Positions 50,964 to 60,034 of a DNA stretch of 64,000 nucleotides are shown piece by piece. The translations under genes were made by a program, and so were the position numbers. A model generated the notes under the pieces. That model ran no database searches, had not been told where the DNA came from, and saw only the letters and a list, made by a program, of their open reading frames with translations. Source of the stretch: Congregibacter sp. (GTDB lineage Bacteria > Pseudomonadota > Gammaproteobacteria > Pseudomonadales > Halieaceae); the NCBI GenBank assembly GCA_045105635.1, contig JBGCDU010000015.1, forward strand, positions 8,695 through 72,694, in the 5' to 3' direction. How positions within the stretch are numbered: position 1 is the first letter of the stretch; every line of letters begins with the position of its first letter.

Positions 50964-52280
50964 ATGCCAATACTTGATTGTCGGGATACCCGCATCTGCC
51001 TGTGGCAGGACAGCGGCGCGACGCACAGTCCGGGATTCGTATTACTAGACGGGCAGGAGTACCAATTTGGACAGGCCGCGCGCGAACAGTCTCGTGTGCG
51101 ACCGCGCGACAGCAGCAGTCGCTTTTGGTGGCAACTCAGTACGCAGCCCCTGAAGCCAGGTCTGGGCACAGCGCGACATACGGCGGATCTGGTGCACGCG
51201 CATCTACGCTATGTACTGGAGGCTGCAGGCGGCCCTGAGCAACTGGCCCTGGCCGTGCCGGACAGCATGCCTCGGGAACAGCTCTCGCTGCTTCTGGGGA
51301 TTGCGCAGGCATGCGAGGTCACAGTGGCGGGTCTGGTGAGTCGCAGCGCACTCATGGGTAGTAACTCTCCCCTGCTGGCCTCATCAACGCGCTTTCTGCA
51401 TCTCGAGGCGCAGCTCAACCAGACGATAGTGAATGAGCTGGTCGTAGATGGCGACCGGATAAGTCTCGCGCGCAGCACGCCGCTGCCGGCCTGCGGACTC
51501 CTGGCTCTGCAGGAGCGCTGCGTGAGCGCCATCGCCAGCGCGTTTGTGCAGCAGACTCGATTCGACCCGCGACGCAGCGCGTCCAGCGAGCAGCTGTTGT
51601 ACAACCAACTCCCAGGCATTCTGTCTACGCTCGAAGAGCGCGGCGAAGTCAGTGTGGATATTGATGGCCATCGTTGCCGGGTAAATTCCGCGGCTTTCGC
51701 CAACGTCAGTGAAAAACTCTTGGCCGGCGTCGCGCAAGCGCGCGCCGCCGACGAACTGCCTCTGCTCATCGACCCAGAGCTGCAACAGCTGCCAGGAATG
51801 AGTGCCCTGACCGGTATGGTCGCCACTCTGGACGAAGATGCGCTGTGGCACGCCTGGGAGAAGCAGCATGCTCATGTGCAGGATGTCGGCAAAGACAATC
51901 ATCTGATCGATCGCCTACCGACGCTGCATCACAATGGATCGGCTGCGATCGTAAGCAACGGGAACGACGCCGCACGACAACCGGCAATGCGGTCACCAGC
52001 GGCGGCGGTTGACGCATCGAAACAAGCTGGCCAGCAAGCGCGGCAACACGCATCTGCCACTCACATCCTCATTCATACGCAGGCGCTGCCATTGCGCGGC
52101 GAAGAGATTATCCTCGGTGAAGGTTTTTGCCTTCGCGCCAGTAATGGGCATTGGACCTTGCACGGCGACGGTGGGCTTATCAACGGATTGCCGAGCACCT
52201 CGCAACAGCCCCTGCACTTGGGCGACACTCTGTCTCTTGGAACGGCTGGGCACGGACGCCTGATCGAAGTTCTGGACTAG
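50964..52280 (+). CDS. Cytoplasmic degenerate Hsp70/actin-fold protein with a C-terminal FHA-like domain
   Basis: ILDCRDT; SPGFVLL..YQFGQAAREQSRVRP; LAVPDSM..EQL..L..IAQAC; FDPRRSASSEQLL follow the Hsp70 NBD layout. C-terminal LINGLP...PLHLGDTLSLG. Confidence 0.6.
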   Translation: MPILDCRDTRICLWQDSGATHSPGFVLLDGQEYQFGQAAREQSRVRPRDSSSRFWWQLSTQPLKPGLGTARHTADLVHAHLRYVLEAAGGPEQLALAVPDSMPREQLSLLLGIAQACEVTVAGLVSRSALMGSNSPLLASSTRFLHLEAQLNQTIVNELVVDGDRISLARSTPLPACGLLALQERCVSAIASAFVQQTRFDPRRSASSEQLLYNQLPGILSTLEERGEVSVDIDGHRCRVNSAAFANVSEKLLAGVAQARAADELPLLIDPELQQLPGMSALTGMVATLDEDALWHAWEKQHAHVQDVGKDNHLIDRLPTLHHNGSAAIVSNGNDAARQPAMRSPAAAVDASKQAGQQARQHASATHILIHTQALPLRGEEIILGEGFCLRASNGHWTLHGDGGLINGLPSTSQQPLHLGDTLSLGTAGHGRLIEVLD

Positions 52281-52292
52281 GGAAACGCTGGC

Positions 52293-53387
52293 GTGGCAAG
52301 ACGCAATAAACGCAGTTTCACAACGTTCAACCTGTCGTTTCTGGACATTATGTCCTGCGGCTTTGGCGCGGTGATCCTTGTCTACCTGATTATCGACCAC
52401 GCGATCATTGTCGAGTCCGAGGAACTGAACGTGGACTTGCTCTCGGAGGTCAATCTTCTTGAGGAGGATATCCGGGACGGCCAGGAGAACATGGTAGCCC
52501 TGCGTAACACGCTGGATGAGGTAGATCTCGAAATCGTGACCACCGAGGGTCGCGCGACACGGATCATCGATGAGGTCCAGGAGTACGAAGCCTTAATCGC
52601 CTCACTCATCCCCGAAGATGTCAGCGAGGAAGAATCGGTCGAGAAACTTAAGGCCGAGGTACAGTCGCTGGAAGAGGAAGTAAAAAAACTGCGCGAAGCG
52701 GCTGAAGAAGAGAGCGGCAAAAGCGCGCGCACCTTTGTCGGTGACGGCAATCGCCAATACCTCACGGGCCTCAATCTGGGTGGGCGCAATATTGCGATCA
52801 TGCTGGACGTCTCGGCGAGCATGCTCGCCGACAAACTGGTAAACGTCATCAGGCTGCGCAATATGGATGAGGATCTGCAGCGCAGTGCAGAAAAGTGGAC
52901 CCGGGCGCTGAAAACAGTAGACTGGCTGACCGCACAATTGCCGGTGGGGAGCGAGTATCAGGTGATTACCTTCAACACGCAGGCGCAATCCGCATTGCCC
53001 GAGACCGATGGCAAATGGCTGGAAGTAGCGAACCAGGCACAGCTCGAGGAGTTGTCCGAGGCGCTGCTGGAGATTACGCCCGCAGGCGGAACCAGTCTGG
53101 AAAATGCGTTCACGTACCTGCAAAAACTCTCACCTGTGCCGGACAATATCTTTTTGATTACCGACGGACTCCCTACACAGGGGGCAAGCACGCCACGCGG
53201 CACCACCATCAGCGGCAACGCGCGTCAGCGTCTCTACCGGCAGGCGGTGCGCCAGCTGCCCGCCAACGTTCCGGTGAACATTATTCTGGGCCCGATGGAG
53301 GGCGACCCCCTCGCCGCCTCCGAGTTTTGGCGCCTGGCACAAAATACGCGCGGGTCGTTTATGAGTCCCTCCAGTGACTGGCCATAG
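52293..53387 (+). CDS. ExbD/TolR-like TM + coiled coil + VWA domain protein (subunit 1)
   Basis: NLSFLDIMSCGFGAVILVYLII TM with Asp; acidic coiled coil; MIDAS DVSASM, GGTS, LITDG. Confidence 0.85.
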   Translation: MARRNKRSFTTFNLSFLDIMSCGFGAVILVYLIIDHAIIVESEELNVDLLSEVNLLEEDIRDGQENMVALRNTLDEVDLEIVTTEGRATRIIDEVQEYEALIASLIPEDVSEEESVEKLKAEVQSLEEEVKKLREAAEEESGKSARTFVGDGNRQYLTGLNLGGRNIAIMLDVSASMLADKLVNVIRLRNMDEDLQRSAEKWTRALKTVDWLTAQLPVGSEYQVITFNTQAQSALPETDGKWLEVANQAQLEELSEALLEITPAGGTSLENAFTYLQKLSPVPDNIFLITDGLPTQGASTPRGTTISGNARQRLYRQAVRQLPANVPVNIILGPMEGDPLAASEFWRLAQNTRGSFMSPSSDWP

Positions 53388-53398
53388 GACATTGATCA

Positions 53399-54397
53399 AT
53401 GCCTAGAAAACGTCGCGAAATGGCCGAGTTCTCTCTCTCCTTCCTGGATGTGATTTGCTGCGGTTTTGGTGCGGTAATCCTGCTTCTGATGATTACCAAA
53501 ACCGTACAGCCGCAGATCATTGAGGCATCTACGGTCAACCTCGAGGGACTCGTTGCGGATCTCCAGGAACAGGTTTTTGAGATTCGCGGTGAGACGCGAT
53601 TCCTTAACCGTGACTTGAACGCACGCAAGGAACAGCTGTCTGAGTATAAGGACCGAATTGCCATACTACGCGGCCAACTGGCCGCTGCGCGCTCGAGCTA
53701 CGACAGCCTGCAGGTAGAGACGAACACCAACTCTGTGGTCACCGAGCAATTGGCCATCGCACAGCAATCGCTGACACTGGAGATGCAGCGCCTGCTGGAA
53801 GATATAGAAGTAAGCAATAATTTGATCGGGGGGATACCCGTTGACAGCGAATACATCATTTTCGTGATCGACACGTCCGGATCGATGTTTTCCTACGCCT
53901 GGGATCGCGTGCTGCAGGAACTGGAAGCGATTTTGAACATCTATCCGAACGTGAAGGGCATCCAGATCATGAACGATATGGGCAACTATATGTTCAGTCG
54001 CTATCGCGGACAGTGGATACCCGACACCGATGGACGACGGCGCATCATCATGCAGAACCTGCGCAACTGGAACGTATTCAGCAACTCATCGCCGGTCGAG
54101 GGCATCACCGCCGCGATTCGCTCGTTTTATGATCCAGACAAAAAGATTAGTATCTATGTATTCGGAGACGACTTTACCGGCAATTCCATCGCCCAGGTCG
54201 TCAACACCGTCGACCAGATTAATCGCGAAGCCAGTGATGGCGAGCGTCGGGTTCGCATCCACGCCGTGGGCTTTCCAGTACTATTTCGTCAGGCCGCGAA
54301 CAGACAAGGTAGCGTGATTCGCTTCTCTGCACTGATGCGCGAACTGACCTATCGCAACGGAGGGACTTTTGTCGGACTCAATGACTTCAGACCCTGA
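53399..54397 (+). CDS. ExbD/TolR-like TM + coiled coil + VWA domain protein (subunit 2)
   Basis: SLSFLDVICCGFGAVILLLMIT TM with Asp; coiled coil; MIDAS IDTSGSM, VFGDD. Confidence 0.85.
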   Translation: MPRKRREMAEFSLSFLDVICCGFGAVILLLMITKTVQPQIIEASTVNLEGLVADLQEQVFEIRGETRFLNRDLNARKEQLSEYKDRIAILRGQLAAARSSYDSLQVETNTNSVVTEQLAIAQQSLTLEMQRLLEDIEVSNNLIGGIPVDSEYIIFVIDTSGSMFSYAWDRVLQELEAILNIYPNVKGIQIMNDMGNYMFSRYRGQWIPDTDGRRRIIMQNLRNWNVFSNSSPVEGITAAIRSFYDPDKKISIYVFGDDFTGNSIAQVVNTVDQINREASDGERRVRIHAVGFPVLFRQAANRQGSVIRFSALMRELTYRNGGTFVGLNDFRP

Positions 54398-55100
54398 CTA
54401 CATTGGCGACGCTCACTCCGGTGATAGCCTAGAACTCAGCCATGGCAGCGCGCGCGCCGCCCGAGCGCAACTATATTGGCCGCTGCTACTTATGTTGGCG
54501 CTAGTCGCAGGCTGTGGCACAAAGGAAGTCGTCGTGGTCGGTAACTTTCCGCCGCCGCTAATGCAGCAGCTACCGGTGTCGCTCGGCGTCTGGTATGAAC
54601 CGGAGTTCAGCGGTCACGAGTTTTTTGATGAGGCCAAAGGCCGCGCAGATTCGTCCTGGATAGTAAAAACCGGCGAGGCGCAGGTACAGATGTGGGACCA
54701 GTTGCTGGACGGCATGTTCACACGCGTGCAGCCCATGGACGGCAAGCCGGCGCCGGAACAGATGAACCCGGCAGTGGACGCGGTGCTCATACCCCGAGTA
54801 GACGAACTGCAATATGCTATTCCCGCGCATACCAACGTCAAGGTCGACGAAATCTGGATGCGCTACGCTTTTGAATTGGTCACCACCAACGGCGATGTTA
54901 TAGCCGAATGGACCATGACGGCCTACGGCAAAACGCCCACCGCATTTCTGCAAAGCGACGAGGCTGCGGTCAATCTCGCCGCCGTGGTCGCGCTTCGCGA
55001 CGCGGGCGCACACTTTATCACCAGTTTTCACAACGTTCCGGAGGTTGCCCAGTGGCTGGAAGACCTGCAACAAGATCAACCCACCGCGGCTGCGCTCTAG
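54381..55100 (+). CDS. Lipoprotein of unknown function
   Basis: Lipobox LVAGC; alpha/beta body. Start is uncertain. Confidence 0.7.
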   Translation: MTSDPDYIGDAHSGDSLELSHGSARAARAQLYWPLLLMLALVAGCGTKEVVVVGNFPPPLMQQLPVSLGVWYEPEFSGHEFFDEAKGRADSSWIVKTGEAQVQMWDQLLDGMFTRVQPMDGKPAPEQMNPAVDAVLIPRVDELQYAIPAHTNVKVDEIWMRYAFELVTTNGDVIAEWTMTAYGKTPTAFLQSDEAAVNLAAVVALRDAGAHFITSFHNVPEVAQWLEDLQQDQPTAAAL

Positions 55101-55126
55101 TGCGTAGTCCGGTGCGCAGTAAAGGA

Positions 55127-55795
55127 ATGAGTACCATGCGGCACTTACGCTGGTGCCTGGCGGTGCTTCCGCTGGCGCTCACCGGCTGCGTAACATCGAC
55201 CGTCGATGAGATGGTTTTCAATGCGCCTACCGAGGGCATTGGCGATGCTACCGTGGTTATCCTCGGGCGCCGGCATGCCAGCGACTACGAAACCGAATTC
55301 GATTTCATCGAGTGCATCGCAGACCATGTAGTGGCGCGCGACGGCAGCATTGAGATCATTGATGAAATCGAGTTCATTAACGCGCTGTACCCCTGGTTTG
55401 AGCCGCGCACCGCACCGTTACGACCCGTAGACATCGATCGCCTGATGCAAATAGAGCCGGTAGCCGAAGAACTCGCGAACCTGAGGCTCGAATACATGAT
55501 CTGGATCGATGGCAGCACTGTACGCACCAACTCTGCGGGCTCAATGACCTGTGGCGTAGGGCCCGGCGGCGCGGGTTGCTTTGGATTTGGCACCTGGGGT
55601 GATGCCTCGGATTACGAAGCGACAATATGGGACTTCACTGATCAGGCTGAGGTTGGCCGCCTGAACACCTCGACAAGCGGGCAATCCTACATGCCTGCGG
55701 TGATCATACCGATTCCAATTATCGCGCCAGTGCAGGGCACGGCCTGCGACGGCATGGGCGATCAACTGCTGGAGTTCCTGTCCAGTGAACACTAA
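55127..55795 (+). CDS. Lipoprotein of unknown function
   Basis: RBS aaagga, ATG 55127, lipobox ALTGC, Cys pair in TCGVGPGGAGC. Confidence 0.7.
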   Translation: MSTMRHLRWCLAVLPLALTGCVTSTVDEMVFNAPTEGIGDATVVILGRRHASDYETEFDFIECIADHVVARDGSIEIIDEIEFINALYPWFEPRTAPLRPVDIDRLMQIEPVAEELANLRLEYMIWIDGSTVRTNSAGSMTCGVGPGGAGCFGFGTWGDASDYEATIWDFTDQAEVGRLNTSTSGQSYMPAVIIPIPIIAPVQGTACDGMGDQLLEFLSSEH

Positions 55796-57233
55796 AGCAC
55801 TGAGCGCAGTAGCGAGCACGCTACTGCTGGCAAGCGTCGCCGGCGGCCTGACTTCCTGTGCGATTAATCCAGCCACAGGCACGCCCGCGATCGTTCTCTC
55901 CAGCGCTTCCGGGGAACGCAAAGTGGGCCAGGAGATGCATGACAAAATGATCGCCGACGGGGCTGCCTACGACGATCCGGAACTGCAGGAGTATGTCAAC
56001 AAAATCGGCCAGCGGCTGGTAAAGCAAAGCGATATGCCTGATCTCAAGTTCACCTTCACGGTGATCGATGAGCCCGAAATAAACGCCTTCGCCACGCCCG
56101 GTGGATTTGTTTACGTGAATCGCGGGCTGATTGCCTACCTGAATAACGAGGCCGAACTCGCGGGTGTCATCGGGCACGAGATTGCGCACGTGACGGCGCG
56201 CCACCATGGAAGACGCAAAAGCGCTAGTGCCACCAGCAAAGTACTCGCCACCACAGCCTATGTGTTCACCGGCAGCAGCGCGATTTATGAAGCCTCGAGC
56301 ATGTATGGCGCGGAGCTGATCAGCGGCTACGGCCGTGATATGGAGCTGGAAGCCGACGGCTTAGGTGCAGAGTATATGTACAAGGCCGGCTATGAACCGG
56401 AGGCGCTGCTCGATGTCATTGGCGTGCTCAAAAATCAGGAACAGTTCATGCGTCTCAAGGCGCGTGCCGCCGGAAAAAGCGGTGGCACTTACCACGGCTT
56501 GTACGCGACGCACCCGCGCAACGACAAACGCCTTAAGACGGTTATTCGTGCCGCGAATGAGCTGGACGATGGCAGCTATATCGAAAGCCCGGAAATACCC
56601 GGCGAATTCAGGCGAGCGACCGATGGGCTAGTGTGGGGCGAGAGCGTTGAGGGCCAGCGTGCAGATGATCGTTACTATCACAATAAATTGGGCTTCACCT
56701 TTGAGCAGCCCGAGGGCTGGGCCGTCACCTCCTCTGCCCAAGCCGTTGTTGCAACGGCACCGGACGGCAGTGCCCAGCTCACGATCAAACTTCGTCGCAA
56801 GGATCCTACGACAACGCCTCAAGCGGTCCTGGAGACTTCGGCCAGCGGTACGCTGAGCGCCGCCGACCAGCTGCAACAAAGTGGCGTGGATGGATACACG
56901 GCAGTGGCAAGCGCCGGCAGCACCAGCAAACGCCTAGCGGTGATAGACCTGAATAACCTCACTTACCTCCTCGAAGGCGAAGCTGGCGACTTTCCCGCAA
57001 ATGATCCGCAACTGCTGGAGATGATCCAGAGTTTTCGTGCGATGCATCCCAAGGAAAAGAGCTCCAACAATGGACGCTACGTGCGCTATATCCAAGTGCC
57101 GCGAGGCGCCGACGTATCGACACTGGCCAATAGCGTGCGCATCAGTGATGCGGAGGAGCAGCTGCGTCTGATCAACGATTTCTATCCGCGAGGCGAGCCG
57201 CGAACCGGCGACTGGATCAAAACCATTCAGTAA
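55785..57233 (+). CDS. M48 zinc metalloprotease lipoprotein (BepA/YfgC-like) with a C-terminal extension
   Basis: Lipobox LTSC; INAFATPGG, HEIAH, ELEADGLG, THP. Confidence 0.88.
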   Translation: MNTKALSAVASTLLLASVAGGLTSCAINPATGTPAIVLSSASGERKVGQEMHDKMIADGAAYDDPELQEYVNKIGQRLVKQSDMPDLKFTFTVIDEPEINAFATPGGFVYVNRGLIAYLNNEAELAGVIGHEIAHVTARHHGRRKSASATSKVLATTAYVFTGSSAIYEASSMYGAELISGYGRDMELEADGLGAEYMYKAGYEPEALLDVIGVLKNQEQFMRLKARAAGKSGGTYHGLYATHPRNDKRLKTVIRAANELDDGSYIESPEIPGEFRRATDGLVWGESVEGQRADDRYYHNKLGFTFEQPEGWAVTSSAQAVVATAPDGSAQLTIKLRRKDPTTTPQAVLETSASGTLSAADQLQQSGVDGYTAVASAGSTSKRLAVIDLNNLTYLLEGEAGDFPANDPQLLEMIQSFRAMHPKEKSSNNGRYVRYIQVPRGADVSTLANSVRISDAEEQLRLINDFYPRGEPRTGDWIKTIQ

Positions 57234-57242
57234 ACCTGCGGG

Positions 57243-57620
57243 CTAGGTGGTGCGTTGCTGTACTAGCACCCACGGGTCGGCGACTACCGCCCAGAGTTCG
57301 GGGTCGCTGTTTAACCAGTCCCTGGCCTGTGCATCGCTCACCTGGGCTACCTCGCCCGCGCTTAGCCATGCGTTAAACAAGCTTGCGTTGTCTTCGGCCA
57401 GTTCCACCGCCACTTCGATCAGGTCCAGCGTGTCGACCACCGAGATCAGCTTCCCCGCCGCAAAATAGCGCTGCAACTCAGCGAATGCTATTCGGGCTGT
57501 TTGTAGCAGGAAGTCGGCGCGCAGTTCCTCGCGCCTGCTATTCACCTCAGTCCGAGTCCCGGTATCGCCATCCTCGGTGCTCCCAATCTCGCTATCACTA
57601 TGATGCGACGCATCACCCAT
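57243..57620 (-). CDS. DUF2288 family protein
   Basis: TARIAFAELQRYFAAG...LDLIEVA...LWAVVADPWVLVQ. Confidence 0.85.
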   Translation of the reverse strand: MGDASHHSDSEIGSTEDGDTGTRTEVNSRREELRADFLLQTARIAFAELQRYFAAGKLISVVDTLDLIEVAVELAEDNASLFNAWLSAGEVAQVSDAQARDWLNSDPELWAVVADPWVLVQQRTT

Positions 57621-58263
57621 AGCGCTGATCGGCAACAAACGGATTACTCTGACGCTCGTGCCCAAGCGTGGACGTGGGTCCATGTCCGGGAATGAAGGTG
57701 ATGTCATCGCCCAATGGAAAAAGGGTTTCGCGAATGCTGGCAATCAATTCATCGTGATCACCCATGGGGAAGTCTGTGCGCCCAATAGAGCCCTGGAAGA
57801 TAACGTCTCCCACCCAGGCAAGACGCTGCATGTCGTGTAAAAAAACCACATGTCCGGGCGTATGTCCGGGACAGTGAAACACCCTCAACGTCTGGGCACC
57901 GACGGTGACGGTGTCGCCGCCTACCAGCCAGCGATCGGGCTCAAAGGCCTCCGCGTGCGGAAACTGCGCCATCTTGCACCACTCGGGCAGCTTATCGATC
58001 CAAAAACGATCAGCCTCGTGAGGCCCCTCAATGGGTACACCCAACTCCTGACGCAACACGTCTGAGGCCGCGCAGTGATCCATATGGCCGTGGGTGAGGA
58101 GGATTTTTTCCACCACGCCGCCCAGCTGCTCGACGGCGCTCAGCACACGCTCGGTATCACCACCGGGATCGACAATCGCCGCCTTGCCCGTGGCCTCACA
58201 TTTGAGGATTGAGCAGTTTTGCTGGTATGCAGTAACCGGAACTATACTTACTTTGATGGACAT
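57613..58263 (-). CDS. gloC: MBL-fold metallohydrolase (GloC/YcbL-like)
   Basis: VTAYQQNCS, VDPGG, LTHGHMDH, PGHTPGH, GSIGRTDFP, PGHG. Confidence 0.9.
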   Translation of the reverse strand: MSIKVSIVPVTAYQQNCSILKCEATGKAAIVDPGGDTERVLSAVEQLGGVVEKILLTHGHMDHCAASDVLRQELGVPIEGPHEADRFWIDKLPEWCKMAQFPHAEAFEPDRWLVGGDTVTVGAQTLRVFHCPGHTPGHVVFLHDMQRLAWVGDVIFQGSIGRTDFPMGDHDELIASIRETLFPLGDDITFIPGHGPTSTLGHERQSNPFVADQRYG

Positions 58264-58281
58264 AAAGAGCGATATCCGAGC

Positions 58282-59604
58282 CTACGCGATAGGCCTTGCG
58301 ACCACGGTCGGAGACTCGTCAGCATCTGGGTCTGCATCCGCGTTCAGATCGAAGAATACCGCCTCATCAAAACGATTTTCACTCTTGCTCACTACCACCG
58401 CGGCGGTGGCATCACCGGTCACATTGACCATTGTGCGCACCATGTCCAGCAGTCGATCCACGCCAATAATCAGGGCGATGCCCTCGACCGGCAGTCCGGC
58501 CTGCTCCAGTACCATAGCCAGAGTTATAAGCCCGACGCCGGGCACCGCCGCTGTTCCCACTGACGCCAGCGTCGCGGTCAACACGACGGTTGCGTAGGCG
58601 GACATAGACAGGTCAATCCCGTATACCTCGGCAATAAACACCGTGGCGACTCCCTGCATAATGGCTGTGCCGTCCATGTTCACGGTGGCACCCAATGGAA
58701 TAGTGAAGCCCGCAACGGCGTTGCTCACGCCCAGCTTCTTTTCTACTGTGCGAAGAGTCACGGGTAAGGTTGCGCCGGATGATGAGGTCGAGAAAGCAAA
58801 GGCCCAGACCGAGCGCATTTTTCGCATAAGAATCATCGGCGGCAGCCCGGTGAACATCTTGAGCAACAGACTATAGGTCAACGTGCCGTGCAGCAGCAGC
58901 AAGCTGAGCACCGTCAGGAAGTAAGCGCCCAAATCCAGGATCGTGCCCAGCCCCATATCGGCAAACAGTCTCGCGAGCAGCGCGAACACCCCATAGGGGG
59001 CGAGCTCCATCAGAATACCCACCATCTTCATCACAACCGCTTCCAAATCGCTGAAGAAAGCGGCGGTGCGCTTGCCAGCCTCACCCGCTTTAGACAGGGC
59101 GTAACCAAAGAGCAGAGCGAAGACGATTATCTGTAGCATCTCGCCGTCGGCCATCGCGCGTATGGGATTAGAGGGAAAGATGTTAATCAGGACTTCTTTC
59201 AACGGCGGCGGCGCGGTGGGGACAAACGTCGCGGCGCTGTTCACCAAATCGATGGAGGACCCGGGGCTTATCAGAACGGCGAAAAAGAGCGCACCGGTCA
59301 CGGCTATCGCTGTAGTCCCAAGGTAAAATAGTAGGGTTTTGCCTGCTATGGGCCCCATGCGCGCACTGTCGCCAAGGGAACTGGAGCCACAGACCAGAGA
59401 AACAAACACCAGGGGAACGACCAACAAGCGCAACGACGCCACGAATATGCGTCCGACGACATCAAACAAGCCGTCGATAACATAGACGTCCAGCACACGG
59501 CCAAACGCACCGTCGCCAGCACCGCTTTGGCCGATAAAATTCAGGATGGAACCGATAACAATACCGGCGGCCATAGCCAGCAGAATGCGGCTGGTCAAAC
59601 TCAT
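58282..59604 (-). CDS. Dicarboxylate/amino acid:cation symporter (DAACS)
   Basis: AFSTSSSGATLP, PLGATVNMDG, ASVGTAAVPG, DRLLDMVRTMVNVTGD. Confidence 0.95.
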   Translation of the reverse strand: MSLTSRILLAMAAGIVIGSILNFIGQSGAGDGAFGRVLDVYVIDGLFDVVGRIFVASLRLLVVPLVFVSLVCGSSSLGDSARMGPIAGKTLLFYLGTTAIAVTGALFFAVLISPGSSIDLVNSAATFVPTAPPPLKEVLINIFPSNPIRAMADGEMLQIIVFALLFGYALSKAGEAGKRTAAFFSDLEAVVMKMVGILMELAPYGVFALLARLFADMGLGTILDLGAYFLTVLSLLLLHGTLTYSLLLKMFTGLPPMILMRKMRSVWAFAFSTSSSGATLPVTLRTVEKKLGVSNAVAGFTIPLGATVNMDGTAIMQGVATVFIAEVYGIDLSMSAYATVVLTATLASVGTAAVPGVGLITLAMVLEQAGLPVEGIALIIGVDRLLDMVRTMVNVTGDATAAVVVSKSENRFDEAVFFDLNADADPDADESPTVVARPIA

Positions 59605-59876
59605 GGTAGAACTCCGTCTTGGCAGGCTCCATCGGTGTAACGCACAACCGTGTCATCGGCGCAGGCGTTACAGTTGGAGGAATGTGTTTCGAAACGAGCG
59701 TCGGCATGCTCCGCGCAGACCGGCGCGTAGATCATAGTGCACACCTGGGGCCGCGGCTCGCGGCACTCGCCCGAGGGCTCTGCTTCAGGTGCCGGCGGCG
59801 TGGTGCATCCCGCGGACGCAACGAGCGCTGGCAGAACAAACAGTGGCAAAGCAGAGCGCGAGCGCACTGCGCGCAT
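59601..59876 (-). CDS. Small lipoprotein with a Kazal-like six-cysteine domain
   Basis: Lipobox SAGC; C..CTMIYAPVC...NCNAC...GAC. Confidence 0.7.
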   Translation of the reverse strand: MRAVRSRSALPLFVLPALVASAGCTTPPAPEAEPSGECREPRPQVCTMIYAPVCAEHADARFETHSSNCNACADDTVVRYTDGACQDGVLP

Positions 59877-60034
59877 GCCTTGACGCGCACCAGGGCGAAC
59901 ACTGGGGCGCCCCGCTAAACGCATGGTTAAACGCATAGAAATCCTGCGTGGTTAAGATCAGAAAAGCGTCGCAAGCGTAGCACCAATACCCGCAGGCTGC
60001 AGCACACTGTGATGCGTCGACCCGTGAGCGGAAA

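Noticed and set aside
50149-54397. Zorya anti-phage system, Tol-Pal or classical TonB-ExbBD
   Set aside because: The MotA-like protein has no long ZorA tail, the B subunits have VWA rather than OmpA domains, and there are no zorC/D/E, tolA/tolB/pal or TonB-dependent receptor genes.
52293-54397. MoxR-VWA (Bat/RavA-ViaA) chaperone operon or T6SS FHA/VWA accessory cluster
   Set aside because: No AAA+ MoxR, Ser/Thr kinase/phosphatase or Tss genes in the window, and the VWA proteins carry ExbD-like Asp helices.
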